64,000 nucleotides of DNA from assembly GCA_035549115.1 (NCBI GenBank), contig DASZRQ010000143.1:16641-80640 (forward strand), written 5' to 3'. Of the stretch, positions 53,088-64,000 are shown piece after piece. Numbering within the stretch: position 1 is the first letter of the stretch; every line of letters begins with the position of its first letter. The position numbers were made by a program, and so were the translations under genes. The notes below the pieces were generated by a model. The model did not search any database, was not told where the DNA came from, and saw only the letters and a list, made by a program, of their open reading frames with translations. The DNA comes from Terracidiphilus sp. GTDB taxonomy: Bacteria > Acidobacteriota > Terriglobia > Terriglobales > Acidobacteriaceae.

Positions 53088-55121
53088 ATGGCGGAAAAGA
53101 CGAGTCTTTGGAATACGAAAATCATCGGCCAGGCGCTAGTGGATTCGGTGCGCAAGCTGGACCCGCGCTGGATGGTCAAGAACCCGGTAATGTTTGTGGT
53201 GGAAGTCGGCAGCCTGCTGACTTCGGCGCTGCTCTGCGACAACCTGCTTCATAACCGGCCCGGCTTTGCCTTCAACCTGCAGATCACCCTCTGGCTGTGG
53301 TTCACAGTGCTCTTCGCCAACTTCGCAGAGGCCATGGCCGAGGGCCGCGGCAAGGCCCAGGCCGACACGCTGCGCAAAGCCAAAGGCGAGACGATCGCCA
53401 GGCGCTACAAAGCCGACGGCAGCTTTGAAGAGGTTGCCAGCGGCCAGCTTCGCGCCGGCGATATGATCTTTGTCGAAGCCGGACACTACATCGCGGGCGA
53501 CGGAGAAGTGCTTGAAGGCGTGGCCTCCGTCGATGAGTCCGCCATCACCGGCGAGTCGGCCCCTGTAATCCGCGAAGCCGGAGGCGACCGCTCGGCCGTC
53601 ACCGGCGGCACAAAAGTCCTCTCCGACTGGATCAAGGTCAAAATCACCTCGAACCCCGGCGAGACATTCCTCGACCGCATGATCGCGCTCGTCGAAGGAG
53701 CCTCGCGCCAGAAGACGCCCAACGAGATCGCGCTGAGCATTCTGCTCTCCGGCCTCACCATCGTCTTCCTGCTCGCCGTCGTTACTCTGCAGCCCTTCGC
53801 CATCTACTCGCACGCGCCGCAAACCATCTTCGTGCTCGTCTCGCTGCTGGTGTGCCTCATCCCTACCACCATCGGCGGCCTGCTCTCAGCCATCGGCATC
53901 GCAGGCATGGACCGGCTCGTTCAGTACAACGTCCTTGCCATGAGCGGCCGCGCCGTGGAGGCAGCGGGCGACGTGAATACACTGCTGCTCGATAAGACCG
54001 GAACCATCACACTGGGCAACCGGCAGGCAACGGAGTTCCGTCCCGCGCCGGATGTAACCGCGGAGCGGCTTGCCGACGCCGCTCAGCTTGCCTCGCTCTC
54101 CGACGAAACCCCCGAGGGCCGCTCCATCGTGGTCCTCGCCAAGGAGCAGTACAACCTCCGCGGCCGCGACATCAACGGCATTCATGCCGAGTTCGTGCCC
54201 TTCACCGCCCAGACGCGCATGAGCGGCGTCGACCTGCCCGGCATCCGCATCCGCAAGGGCTCGGTGGACGCCATCACACGTTTCCTTGAGGATCAGGGCT
54301 CGTCTCTGCCGAAGAAGGTGCGCGATAACGTGGAAGAAATTGCGCATCTGGGCGGCACTCCGCTGGTGGTCGCGGAAAATGCCACTGCGCTCGGCGTCAT
54401 CTACCTCAAGGACATCGTGAAGGGCGGCCTGAAAGAACGCCTCGCGCGGCTGCGCGCCATGGGCATCCGCACCATCATGATTACCGGCGATAACCCGCTC
54501 ACCGCCGCCGTCATCGCCCGTGAGGCCGGTGTCGATGACTTTCTTGCCGAAGCAAAGCCGAAAGACAAGATGGACCTCATCAAGCGCGAGCAGGGCAAGG
54601 GTAAGCTTGTCGCCATGACCGGCGACGGCACCAACGATGCACCCGCCCTCGCCCAGGCCGACGTAGGCGTCGCCATGAACTCCGGCACCCAGGCTGCAAA
54701 AGAAGCCGGCAACATGGTCGATCTCGACTCCAACCCCACCAAGCTCATCGAGATCGTCGAGATCGGCAAGCAACTGCTGATGACCCGCGGCGCGCTGACG
54801 ACTTTTTCCATCGCCAACGATGTCGCCAAATACTTCGCCATCATTCCCGCCATGTTCGCCGGGGCTTTTCCGGTTTTGAACGCGCTGAACATCATGTACC
54901 TGCACTCACCGCAGTCGGCCATCCTGTCAGCCGTGGTCTTCAACGCCATCGTCATCGTGGCGCTGATTCCGCTGGCGCTCAAAGGCGTCAAGTACCAGCC
55001 CAGGGCAGCCGAGGCTCTGCTGCGGCAAAATCTGCTCATCTATGGCGTCGGCGGCGTGCTCGTGCCCTTCGCTGGAATCAAGGCTATCGACATGCTGCTG
55101 GTTGCACTGCACCTGGCATAA
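53088..55121 (+). CDS. kdpB: K+-transporting ATPase subunit B
   Basis: [61 protein letters not shown]. Confidence 0.99.
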   Translation: MAEKTSLWNTKIIGQALVDSVRKLDPRWMVKNPVMFVVEVGSLLTSALLCDNLLHNRPGFAFNLQITLWLWFTVLFANFAEAMAEGRGKAQADTLRKAKGETIARRYKADGSFEEVASGQLRAGDMIFVEAGHYIAGDGEVLEGVASVDESAITGESAPVIREAGGDRSAVTGGTKVLSDWIKVKITSNPGETFLDRMIALVEGASRQKTPNEIALSILLSGLTIVFLLAVVTLQPFAIYSHAPQTIFVLVSLLVCLIPTTIGGLLSAIGIAGMDRLVQYNVLAMSGRAVEAAGDVNTLLLDKTGTITLGNRQATEFRPAPDVTAERLADAAQLASLSDETPEGRSIVVLAKEQYNLRGRDINGIHAEFVPFTAQTRMSGVDLPGIRIRKGSVDAITRFLEDQGSSLPKKVRDNVEEIAHLGGTPLVVAENATALGVIYLKDIVKGGLKERLARLRAMGIRTIMITGDNPLTAAVIAREAGVDDFLAEAKPKDKMDLIKREQGKGKLVAMTGDGTNDAPALAQADVGVAMNSGTQAAKEAGNMVDLDSNPTKLIEIVEIGKQLLMTRGALTTFSIANDVAKYFAIIPAMFAGAFPVLNALNIMYLHSPQSAILSAVVFNAIVIVALIPLALKGVKYQPRAAEALLRQNLLIYGVGGVLVPFAGIKAIDMLLVALHLA

Positions 55122-55136
55122 AGCAAGGAGACTTCC

Positions 55137-55763
55137 ATGCACGCGGCAACAACTTCCACGCTTGCGCATCCGGCCGCAGCACAGGCAGCGGCGCCGAAGC
55201 ACTCCCTCTGGGGAACCGCCGTCCGCTTCACACTGGTCACCACGCTGCTGCTCGGCATCGGATACCCGCTGCTCATCACAGCCGCGGCCCAGTTTCTCTT
55301 TCCTCGCCAGGCTGACGGCAGCCTCATCCAGAAGAATGGCCAGATCATCGGCTCGGAGCTTCTCGCGCAGGGCTTTGCCTCGGATCGCTACTTCCATCCG
55401 CGTCCATCGGCCGCGGGCAACGGATACGACGCCACCTCATCGGGCGGATCGAATCTTGCGCAGTCCAGCAGCAAGCTGGTACAGCGGATGCAGGGCGATA
55501 TCGACAAGCTCGCCAGGGAAAACCCCGGCACGCCCGTGCCAATCGACCTGGTAACAACCTCTGGCTCGGGCCTCGACCCCGACATTACGCCGGATGCAGC
55601 CTACTTTCAGGCCCCACGCATTGCCAAAGCACGCGGGCTGAGCGAGGCCCAGGTACGCCAGTTGATCGCACAGCACATCACAGGACGTCAGTTCGGCATT
55701 CTCGGTGAACCGCGCGTCAACGTCCTTTTACTCAACCTCGACCTCGACAGCCAGACAAAATAG
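55137..55763 (+). CDS. kdpC: K+-transporting ATPase subunit C
   Basis: FPRQADGSLI, YFHPRPSA, SGGSNL, DLVTTSGSGLDPDI, GEPRVNVLLLNL. Confidence 0.98.
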   Translation: MHAATTSTLAHPAAAQAAAPKHSLWGTAVRFTLVTTLLLGIGYPLLITAAAQFLFPRQADGSLIQKNGQIIGSELLAQGFASDRYFHPRPSAAGNGYDATSSGGSNLAQSSSKLVQRMQGDIDKLARENPGTPVPIDLVTTSGSGLDPDITPDAAYFQAPRIAKARGLSEAQVRQLIAQHITGRQFGILGEPRVNVLLLNLDLDSQTK

Positions 55764-55914
55764 CTTGGCTTAGCCGCCGGCGAGGAGCACCCAATTCCTT
55801 TCCATTTTTCTTTCAGGAATGCAGTGATGACGCGCACATTGCCTTTGTTCGACAAGCCCCGCGCCCTTCGGCTAACCTGACGTTTCCGGACAAATTCTCC
55901 GGCAGGAAGCTGTT

Positions 55915-56667
55915 ATGCGTGCCTCACTCTTCATCACCTGCTACAACGACACGCTCTATCCCGAAACAGGCCGCGCCGTTGTCAAACTCCTCGAGCGCCT
56001 CGGCGTAACCCTCGACTTTCACCCCGAACAAACCTGCTGCGGCCAGATGCACGCCAATACCGGCTTCCGCGCCGAGGCTTATTCGCAGGCCAAGCGCTTC
56101 GTGCGGCTTTATCGGGATACCGAGATCGTCATCATCCCCTCGTCCTCCTGCGTTGCCATGATCCGCGACCAGTATCCGGTGCTGTTTGAGGAGCTGGGCA
56201 ACGAAGATCTGCGCCGCGACCTCCAAGCCCTGCTGCCGCGCATCTTCGAACTCAGCGAGTTTCTCATCGATAAACTCGGCGTAGAGGATGTCGGCGCGTA
56301 TTTTCCGCATCGGGTTACCTATCACGCAAGCTGCCATGGCCTGCGCGGCCTGCATGTCGGCGACAGGCCATTCCGGCTGCTCGGCAAGGTACGCGGCCTT
56401 GAGCTGGCTCCGCTCGAAAACCTCGATCGCTGCTGCGGCTTCGGCGGTACCTTCTCCATCAAGAACGCTGAAGTCTCCTCGGCCATGCTCGCCTCCAAGC
56501 TGCGCGACGTGCTCACCACCCGTGCCGAGTACTGCACGGCGCTCGACAACAGTTGCCTGATGCACCTGGGCGGCGCTCTGCACCGGCAGTTCGCAGGCAT
56601 GCGGACCATTCACCTGGCGCAGATTCTGGCCAGCACGGAAACAGAACCTGCCGAGGAGTTTCTGTGA
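55915..56667 (+). CDS. lutA: L-lactate utilization Fe-S protein A (CCG domains)
   Basis: LFITCYND, QTCCGQMHANTG, SSSCVAMI, YHASCH, CCGFGGTFS, DNSCLMH. Confidence 0.92.
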   Translation: MRASLFITCYNDTLYPETGRAVVKLLERLGVTLDFHPEQTCCGQMHANTGFRAEAYSQAKRFVRLYRDTEIVIIPSSSCVAMIRDQYPVLFEELGNEDLRRDLQALLPRIFELSEFLIDKLGVEDVGAYFPHRVTYHASCHGLRGLHVGDRPFRLLGKVRGLELAPLENLDRCCGFGGTFSIKNAEVSSAMLASKLRDVLTTRAEYCTALDNSCLMHLGGALHRQFAGMRTIHLAQILASTETEPAEEFL

Positions 56668-58112
56668 GCCACACAGAGCTTGATCCTCGCCTAGCGCCGC
56701 CCTTTCCGCAGGCGGCGCTTCCGGTCCTGCGCAATCCACAACTGCGCAAAAATGTGGCGCATGCCACGGACGTTATTCAAGGTAAGCGCGCAATGCTCGT
56801 CGCTGAGAAGTCCGATTGGCAGGAGCTGCGCTCCGCTGCGGCAGCCATCCGCGCACATGCGCTTGAAAATCTCGGCACGTACCTGACGCAGTTTGAGGAG
56901 CGCTGCACGGCGGCCGGCGGCACGGTTCACTGGGCAGCGGACGCAGCCGAGGCGCGGCGCATCATCCTCGATATTCTGCGCGCGGAGGGCGCCAGCGAAG
57001 TCATCAAGATCAAGACGATGACTTCAGCCGAGATTCAGTTGAACCCCGCGCTCGAGGCAAACGGCATTCATGCCTATGAGACGGATCTTGCCGAGCTCAT
57101 TCTGCAGCTCGGCAAGGATGAGCCCTCGCACATTGTCGCGCCGGCATTGCATGTCAACCGCAGCCAGGTGCGCGAAATCTTCGCGCGCTCCATGGGCCGC
57201 AGCGATCTCACCGACGATCCGCAGGCACTGACGGCTGCTGCGCGCAGCTACTTGCGGCAAAAGTTTTTGAGCGTGCCTACTGCCATCAGCGGCGCGAATT
57301 TTCTTATCGCTGAAACAGGCTCCGTCGCTGTGGTCGAGTCCGAGGGCAATGGGCGCATGTGTCTCACTCTGCCCCGCACAATGATCACTCTGGCAGGCAT
57401 CGAGAAAGTCCTGCCGCGTTTTACCGACCTCGAAGTTATGCTGCAGGTGCTTGCCCGGTCGGCCACCGGCGAGCGCATGAATCCGTACACATCGCTCTGG
57501 ACTGGCGTCACTCCCGGCGACGGGCCGCAGCGCTTTCATATCGTACTTCTCGACAATGGCCGGTCGGATATCCTCGCAAAAAAAGTTGAACGGCAGACCC
57601 TGCGCTGCATTCGCTGCGCCGCCTGCCAGAATACGTGCCCTGTCTACCGGCAGACTGGCGGCCATGCCTATGGCTCGGTCTACGGCGGGCCGATCGGCGC
57701 GATTCTTACCCCGCAGCTCATGCGCATGGAGCATGCGCAATCGTTGCCCTTTGCCTCATCGCTTTGCGGGGCATGCTATGAGGTCTGCCCCGTCAAAATC
57801 AACATCCCTGAGGTGCTGATCGAGCTGCGCACGCAGGTTGTGGATAGGGAGCGCGAACAGCCCGTGCGCGTCTTCGATGCGATGTATGTTGGCATGCGTG
57901 CCGCGAGTGGCATCTTTGCCGCCGCGCGCCGCTTTCGCTCCGCCCAAAGACTCGGGCGCATTGCCTTGCTGCCCTTCACCGGCAAAGACGGCTGGATTCG
58001 ATCGCTGCCCGGCCTTGGCGCGCGATGGACGGCAACCCGCGACTTGCGCGGCATGCCAGGGCAAAGTTTCCGCGAGTGGTGGGCGGAAAGAAAGGACAAT
58101 CAACAGCAATGA
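56664..58112 (+). CDS. lutB: L-lactate utilization iron-sulfur protein B
   Basis: GTG start overlapping the lutA stop; ETDLAELILQL, PSHIVAPALH, ESEGNGRMC, RSATGE, CIRCAACQNTCP, SSLCGACYEVCPVKINIP. Confidence 0.94.
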   Translation: MSHTELDPRLAPPFPQAALPVLRNPQLRKNVAHATDVIQGKRAMLVAEKSDWQELRSAAAAIRAHALENLGTYLTQFEERCTAAGGTVHWAADAAEARRIILDILRAEGASEVIKIKTMTSAEIQLNPALEANGIHAYETDLAELILQLGKDEPSHIVAPALHVNRSQVREIFARSMGRSDLTDDPQALTAAARSYLRQKFLSVPTAISGANFLIAETGSVAVVESEGNGRMCLTLPRTMITLAGIEKVLPRFTDLEVMLQVLARSATGERMNPYTSLWTGVTPGDGPQRFHIVLLDNGRSDILAKKVERQTLRCIRCAACQNTCPVYRQTGGHAYGSVYGGPIGAILTPQLMRMEHAQSLPFASSLCGACYEVCPVKINIPEVLIELRTQVVDREREQPVRVFDAMYVGMRAASGIFAAARRFRSAQRLGRIALLPFTGKDGWIRSLPGLGARWTATRDLRGMPGQSFREWWAERKDNQQQ

Positions 58113-58744
58113 CGCCCGCCGATTCTCGCAGCCTCATCCTCGACCGCATCAGCCATGCAACGCAGCGGCCTGGCGGCAATACATACGAACATCTGCCCCG
58201 TGCCTACACGCACAAAGGCGCTCTCGAACCCGGCGATTGTGTGCATTTGCTGATCGAACGCCTGCGTGAATACGATGCCGTTGTTGACACTTGCACAGTT
58301 GCCGAGTTGCCTGCCTGCATTGCAAAGATTCTTCAGGCAAACAGCAAGCACATTTTAGTGGTGCCGCCAGGACTCGATCCTGCATGGCTCGCTGCCGGAT
58401 ATGACTGGAAAATTGACCAGGATCTTTCACATGCGGCGATTGAGGCATGCGATGGAGTGGTCACGACTGCTTTTGCAGCAATCGCGGACTCGGGAACGAT
58501 TGTCCTGCATCACTCGGCTGCCGAAGGCCGGCGCGCGCTTTCGCTTCTGCCCGACTGGCACTTGTGCATTCTGCGCGCAAGCCAGGTGGTGGAAACTTTG
58601 CCGGAGTATTTTGCCCGTTGCACACAACCGCCCCGGCTGGCCACCTACATCTCAGGCCCCAGTGCAACAGCCGACATCGAGATGACGCGCATTAAAGGCG
58701 TGCACGGTCCACGCTTTCTGCACGTGCTCCTGGTCCGTGACTAA
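58109..58744 (+). CDS. lutC: L-lactate utilization protein C (LUD domain)
   Basis: AIADSGTIVL, GRRALSLLPDWH, ISGPSATADIEMTRIKGVHGP; ATGA overlap with lutB. Confidence 0.93.
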   Translation: MTPADSRSLILDRISHATQRPGGNTYEHLPRAYTHKGALEPGDCVHLLIERLREYDAVVDTCTVAELPACIAKILQANSKHILVVPPGLDPAWLAAGYDWKIDQDLSHAAIEACDGVVTTAFAAIADSGTIVLHHSAAEGRRALSLLPDWHLCILRASQVVETLPEYFARCTQPPRLATYISGPSATADIEMTRIKGVHGPRFLHVLLVRD

Positions 58745-58755
58745 ACGCCGCGCGC

Positions 58756-61700
58756 TCAGAGCACCTGCACGGTTCCCTTGCCCACCAGTTCCTCGACGCG
58801 CTCAATCCATCCGCGGTCGGCAGCAACGCTCAGTTGTTCGGGCTCGAGAATGACCTCGAACTCGCCTTTCTTTTGCAGGTGCAGCATCAACTTGCCCGGC
58901 CCCGGCGCGGCATCGGCAGCGCTCTTCAGCGCCCCGAACATCTCCTCGCTGGCGCGGTCGAGATTGATGCGAACACGCACACCGCCCGGCAGCTTGACCT
59001 GCACCTGTTCGAGGGCCTGAATCGAGCTGATCGCAAGCTTCGGCGCGGCATCCTCCTCGCCCATCAGCGTGCCGCGAAGAAGCACCGGCGCTTCAATCTT
59101 CAACTGCTCGGCAAGCCTCTCATAGTCGCGCGCGAAGCAGATCAGGTCAATCTTGCCGGTTACGTCTTCAAGCGCGCCCTGCGCGTAGAGTTTCTGGTCG
59201 CGTTTGCTCTTCTGCACGCGCACACCATGCAGAATGCCCGCCACCTGCAACTCGTCCGCGGGGTCCGCATCCCTGCTCCACCGCCGCTCCGGCGGCTTGC
59301 GCTCAAGTGCCTCTGCAACTGAAATCACACCGGGTAGATTGCGAATCTTCTCCGCATACTTGTCCAGCGGATGCCCGGAGACAAAGAACCCGAGCACTTC
59401 CTTCTCGTAGGCAAGGCGCACGCCTTCTTCCCAGTCAGGCACGTTGGGCAGATCGTCGCCGCCGTGGCCGTGCGCCGGCGCCTCATTGAACAATCCAAAG
59501 AGCCCGGCTTGTCCATGCTCGGCGTCGCGCTGCGCTTTCTGCGCGCGCTCCATCGCCTTGTCGATCACCTTCTCAAGCTGCCCGCGCTTGCCGAGAGAAT
59601 CCAGCGCGCCGGCCTTGATGAGCGACTCAATCACGCGCTTGTTGATCACGCGCAGATCAATCTTTTCGCAGAACTCCCAGAAGTTGCGGAAGCGGCCTCC
59701 GAGTTCGGTGCGCGCCTTCTGGATGGACTCGATCGCGTTGCCGCCCACGTTCTTGATGGCCGCAAGGCCGAACCAGATGGCGTCTCCGTGCGGCGTGAAT
59801 TGCGCGCCGCTCACCTGAGCATCGGGCGGGTCGACGCGGATGCCCATCTCCTTGCATTCCTGGATGTACTTGACAACATTTTCCGGTTTCGAGGTTTCCG
59901 AAGTGAGCAGCGCCGCCATGAACTCAACGGGATAATGCGTCTTGAGATAAGCCGTCTGATAGGAGACCAGACCGTAGGCAGCCGAGTGCGACTTGTTGAA
60001 GCCGTAGCCGGCAAACTTCTCCATCTGGTCGAAGATTTCGCCCGCCACAGCCTTGGGGTGGCCCAGCGCCACCGCGCCGGACATGAAGCGGTCGCGCTGC
60101 TTGGCCATCTCCTCGGGCTTCTTTTTGCCCATGGCGCGGCGCAGCAGATCAGCTTCGCCCAGCGAGTAGTTCGCAAGCACGTTCGCAATCTGCATCACCT
60201 GCTCCTGATACACGATGACACCGAGCGTCTCCTTCAGGATGCCTTCAAGCTCAGGCAGCATGTACTCGACTTTGCGCCGTCCCCACTTGCGCTCGATAAA
60301 GTCGTCCGTCATCCCGCCCTGGATCGGCCCCGGCCGGAACAGCGCCGTCAGCGCCGTCAGATCCTCCAGCTTCTCCGGCTTATAACGGCGCAGAATATCG
60401 CGCATGCCGTTCGACTCGAACTGAAACACGCCCGAGGTCAGCGCCGCATGAAACACCTTCTTATAGGTCTCTTCGTCGTCCAGCGGAATCGTCTCGATAT
60501 CCACCTTCACGCCGCGGTTCTGCTCGATCAGCTTGAGACAGTCGACAATCACCGTGAGCGTGGTGAGCCCGAGAAAATCCATCTTCAGCAGGCCCAGCTT
60601 CTCCACCGCCTTCATGTCGTAGGCGGTCACAATTTCGTCATTCTTCGTCCGCGCCACGGGAACCAGCTCCGTCAGCGGGCGCGGCGCAATCACCACTGCC
60701 GAAGCGTGCACGCCCTGCCCGCGCACCAGGCCCTCCAGCTTTTTGGCCGTATCGATCAGCTCACGCACCTGCGCTTCGCTGTCATACACCTTGCGCAGGT
60801 CCGGCACATCCTCAAGAGCCTTGTCGATGGTCATGCCGACTGTGGAAGGAATGAGCTTGGCAATCCGATCCACATCCCCATAAGGCATATCAAGCGCGCG
60901 CCCGCAGTCCTTGATCGATGCCTTGGCCGCCATGGTGTTGAAAGTGATGATCTGCGCCACCTGCTCGCGGCCATACTTGCGCGTCACGTAGTCGATCACT
61001 TCGCCACGCCGGTTCATGCAGAAGTCCACGTCGATATCCGGCATCGACACGCGTTCCGGATTCAGAAAGCGCTCGAAGAGCAACACGTTCTGGATCGGAT
61101 CGATATTCGTGATCTCCATCGAATACGCCACCAGCGACCCCGCGCCGGACCCGCGCCCCGGTCCGACAGGAATCTCATGATCGCGCGCGTACTTGATGAA
61201 GTCCCAGACAATCAGAAAGTAGCCCGAGTACTTCATCTGCTTGATCACATCGATCTCGTACTGCAGGCGCGCCTCATATTCGTGGATGGGCCGGCGCAAC
61301 TGCCCGCGGCTTTCAAGATGCCGCACCGAGGTTTCGAGACGCCGCCTGAAGCCTTCGCGGCAAATCTCCTCGAAGTAGCTGTCAATCGTGTGCCCCGGCG
61401 GCACGGCAAACTCAGGAAATGGATTCTCCACGCCCTTCAGCTTGAACTCGCACCGCTCCGCGATCTCCATCGTGCGCGCGGTCACGCCGGGCGAGTCCGG
61501 AAACAGACGGGCCATCTCCTCCGCGCTCTTCACAAAAAACTGGTCCGAGTCGAACTTGAAGCGGTCCGCGTCGTGCACCTTCGCGCCGGTCTGCACACAG
61601 AGCATCACATCGTGCGCGTGATGATCCTCGCCGCACAGGTAGTGTGAGTCATTGGTCAGCACAAGCGGAATGCTCAGCTCTGTCTCAAGCCGGAAAAGAT

Positions 61701-62262
61701 CGCTCTGAATCTTGTGTTCCTGCTCGAGCCCCTGATTCTGAATTTCAAGATAAAAATTGCCGCGGCCGAAGATGTCCTGATACTGCGAAGCCACATTCTT
61801 CGCCGCATCATAATGACCGGCCATCAGCTCTTCGCACAGCTCGCCGCTCAGGCAACCGGAAAACCCGATGAGTCCCTTTGCGTTTTCAGCCAGATACTTC
61901 TTGCTGACGCGCGGCTTGCGATAGAAGCCATGCAGCGAGGCCTCGGAGGTAAGCCGAATCAGATTGCGGTAGCCCTCTTCGTTCTCCGCCAGCACCAGCA
62001 GATGGTTGTACTGGTCGTTCGGGCTCTCGGCCCGGTGGTCCTCCGCCTTGCACACATACAGCTCGCAGCCCAGAATCGGCTTGATGCCCCGCTCCTTGGC
62101 CGCGTTGAAGAACCGCACCGCGCCGTAGATGTTGCCGTGGTCGGTCATCGCCACGGACTTCTGGCCCAGCGCCGCCACGCGGTCGATCAGTTTTTCAATG
62201 TCGCAGGCGCCATCGAGAAGGGAGTATTCCGTATGCAGATGCAGATGGGTAAATTCGGCCAT
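58756..62262 (-). CDS. dnaE: DNA polymerase III subunit alpha
   Basis: PHP HLHLHTEYSLLDG, PVGPGRGSGAGSL, FERFLNPERVSMPDIDVDF, LLKMDFLGL, YGFNKSH; start ATG 62262; no intein-sized insert. Confidence 0.99.
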   Translation of the reverse strand: MAEFTHLHLHTEYSLLDGACDIEKLIDRVAALGQKSVAMTDHGNIYGAVRFFNAAKERGIKPILGCELYVCKAEDHRAESPNDQYNHLLVLAENEEGYRNLIRLTSEASLHGFYRKPRVSKKYLAENAKGLIGFSGCLSGELCEELMAGHYDAAKNVASQYQDIFGRGNFYLEIQNQGLEQEHKIQSDLFRLETELSIPLVLTNDSHYLCGEDHHAHDVMLCVQTGAKVHDADRFKFDSDQFFVKSAEEMARLFPDSPGVTARTMEIAERCEFKLKGVENPFPEFAVPPGHTIDSYFEEICREGFRRRLETSVRHLESRGQLRRPIHEYEARLQYEIDVIKQMKYSGYFLIVWDFIKYARDHEIPVGPGRGSGAGSLVAYSMEITNIDPIQNVLLFERFLNPERVSMPDIDVDFCMNRRGEVIDYVTRKYGREQVAQIITFNTMAAKASIKDCGRALDMPYGDVDRIAKLIPSTVGMTIDKALEDVPDLRKVYDSEAQVRELIDTAKKLEGLVRGQGVHASAVVIAPRPLTELVPVARTKNDEIVTAYDMKAVEKLGLLKMDFLGLTTLTVIVDCLKLIEQNRGVKVDIETIPLDDEETYKKVFHAALTSGVFQFESNGMRDILRRYKPEKLEDLTALTALFRPGPIQGGMTDDFIERKWGRRKVEYMLPELEGILKETLGVIVYQEQVMQIANVLANYSLGEADLLRRAMGKKKPEEMAKQRDRFMSGAVALGHPKAVAGEIFDQMEKFAGYGFNKSHSAAYGLVSYQTAYLKTHYPVEFMAALLTSETSKPENVVKYIQECKEMGIRVDPPDAQVSGAQFTPHGDAIWFGLAAIKNVGGNAIESIQKARTELGGRFRNFWEFCEKIDLRVINKRVIESLIKAGALDSLGKRGQLEKVIDKAMERAQKAQRDAEHGQAGLFGLFNEAPAHGHGGDDLPNVPDWEEGVRLAYEKEVLGFFVSGHPLDKYAEKIRNLPGVISVAEALERKPPERRWSRDADPADELQVAGILHGVRVQKSKRDQKLYAQGALEDVTGKIDLICFARDYERLAEQLKIEAPVLLRGTLMGEEDAAPKLAISSIQALEQVQVKLPGGVRVRINLDRASEEMFGALKSAADAAPGPGKLMLHLQKKGEFEVILEPEQLSVAADRGWIERVEELVGKGTVQVL

Positions 62263-62668
62263 GGCTGCCTTCGATTCTAGCTGCCGTTGCACGAAAGAAT
62301 TCTGTCCTGCGTGCGGTTGAAAACCGGTACAAAACTGGCAGGCTCCCTCATGCTGTCAATCCCCTTGCCACAACTTTTCTTCTAACCTGCTGATTTCAGG
62401 CCGTAAAATCTCAGCCCCCGTTTGCATAGAATTTCGCTCCTCCGGCGCATGATGGAAATAGCAGCACACCGCTCCATCACTTTCAGAATCGGAGATCGAA
62501 CTCATGTCGAAGGCCCATCGCCGCGCGCAGCCTCTCATTCCGTCCTTGCGTGGCTGTGCATCTGGAGACAAAGGCGGCATACCCCCCTCCCCCCTCTCGA
62601 TTCGCCTCATCTTCGCTGCGCAGAAAGCAATCCGGGCTTGCGAACCGGTATACACTGGCGCCAAGCCT

Positions 62669-64000
<1,332 letters not shown>

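Noticed and set aside
59371-61647. Long antisense ORFs in the track (e.g. 59371-61647, 2847-3851, 6308-7792, 9037-10377, 29698-31164, 51381-53033, 62483-63793)
   Set aside because: Each lies opposite a well-supported gene and has no recognisable motif; such shadow frames are expected from GC3-biased codon usage.
62356-62668. Small ORF or structured RNA in the dnaE-dipeptidase spacer (track ORFs 62356-62781 and 62422-62907)
   Set aside because: No motif, overlaps the dipeptidase start, and no tmRNA, RNase P or 6S hallmark was recognised. An Rfam/Infernal scan would be needed to exclude an ncRNA.

Overview
GC-rich chromosomal window of about 60 genes. Gene content and order suggest a subdivision-1 Acidobacterium (Acidobacteriaceae); this is an inference, not a database match. 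Most of it is housekeeping or metabolic: hemA (partial)/ccsA, mutS-nagZ-anmK-peptide SBP, a GH2 beta-mannosidase, lpxD, ftcD, yebC, mazG, dnaX-ybaB-recR, kdpD/E with kdpFABC, lutABC, dnaE and a membrane dipeptidase (partial). I saw no rRNA, tRNA, CRISPR array, integrase or transposase. The main candidate system is at 14859-19657. It is a minus-strand operon with a secreted 99-aa precursor carrying a duplicated CKGKNxCKGxGGC motif (six Cys), followed by a DUF692/MNIO enzyme, a DUF2063 partner and a DoxX protein, which is the architecture of bufferin-type RiPP metallophores. Next to it are a candidate ECF promoter, a 3-TM membrane protein, a zinc anti-sigma/ECF sigma pair, a double zinc-ribbon protein and a MacB/LolA-like export operon. 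Other notable items: a CCA-enzyme homologue with altered catalytic and templating motifs and an acidic plus histone-H1-like tail; a low-GC in-frame patch inside the prepilin peptidase gene; a triple OB-fold/beta-barrel gene pair; an unannotated 28-aa peptide upstream of kdpF; and several regulatory hairpins, palindromes and leaderless promoters. All family assignments come from motif recognition by eye; no searches were run.
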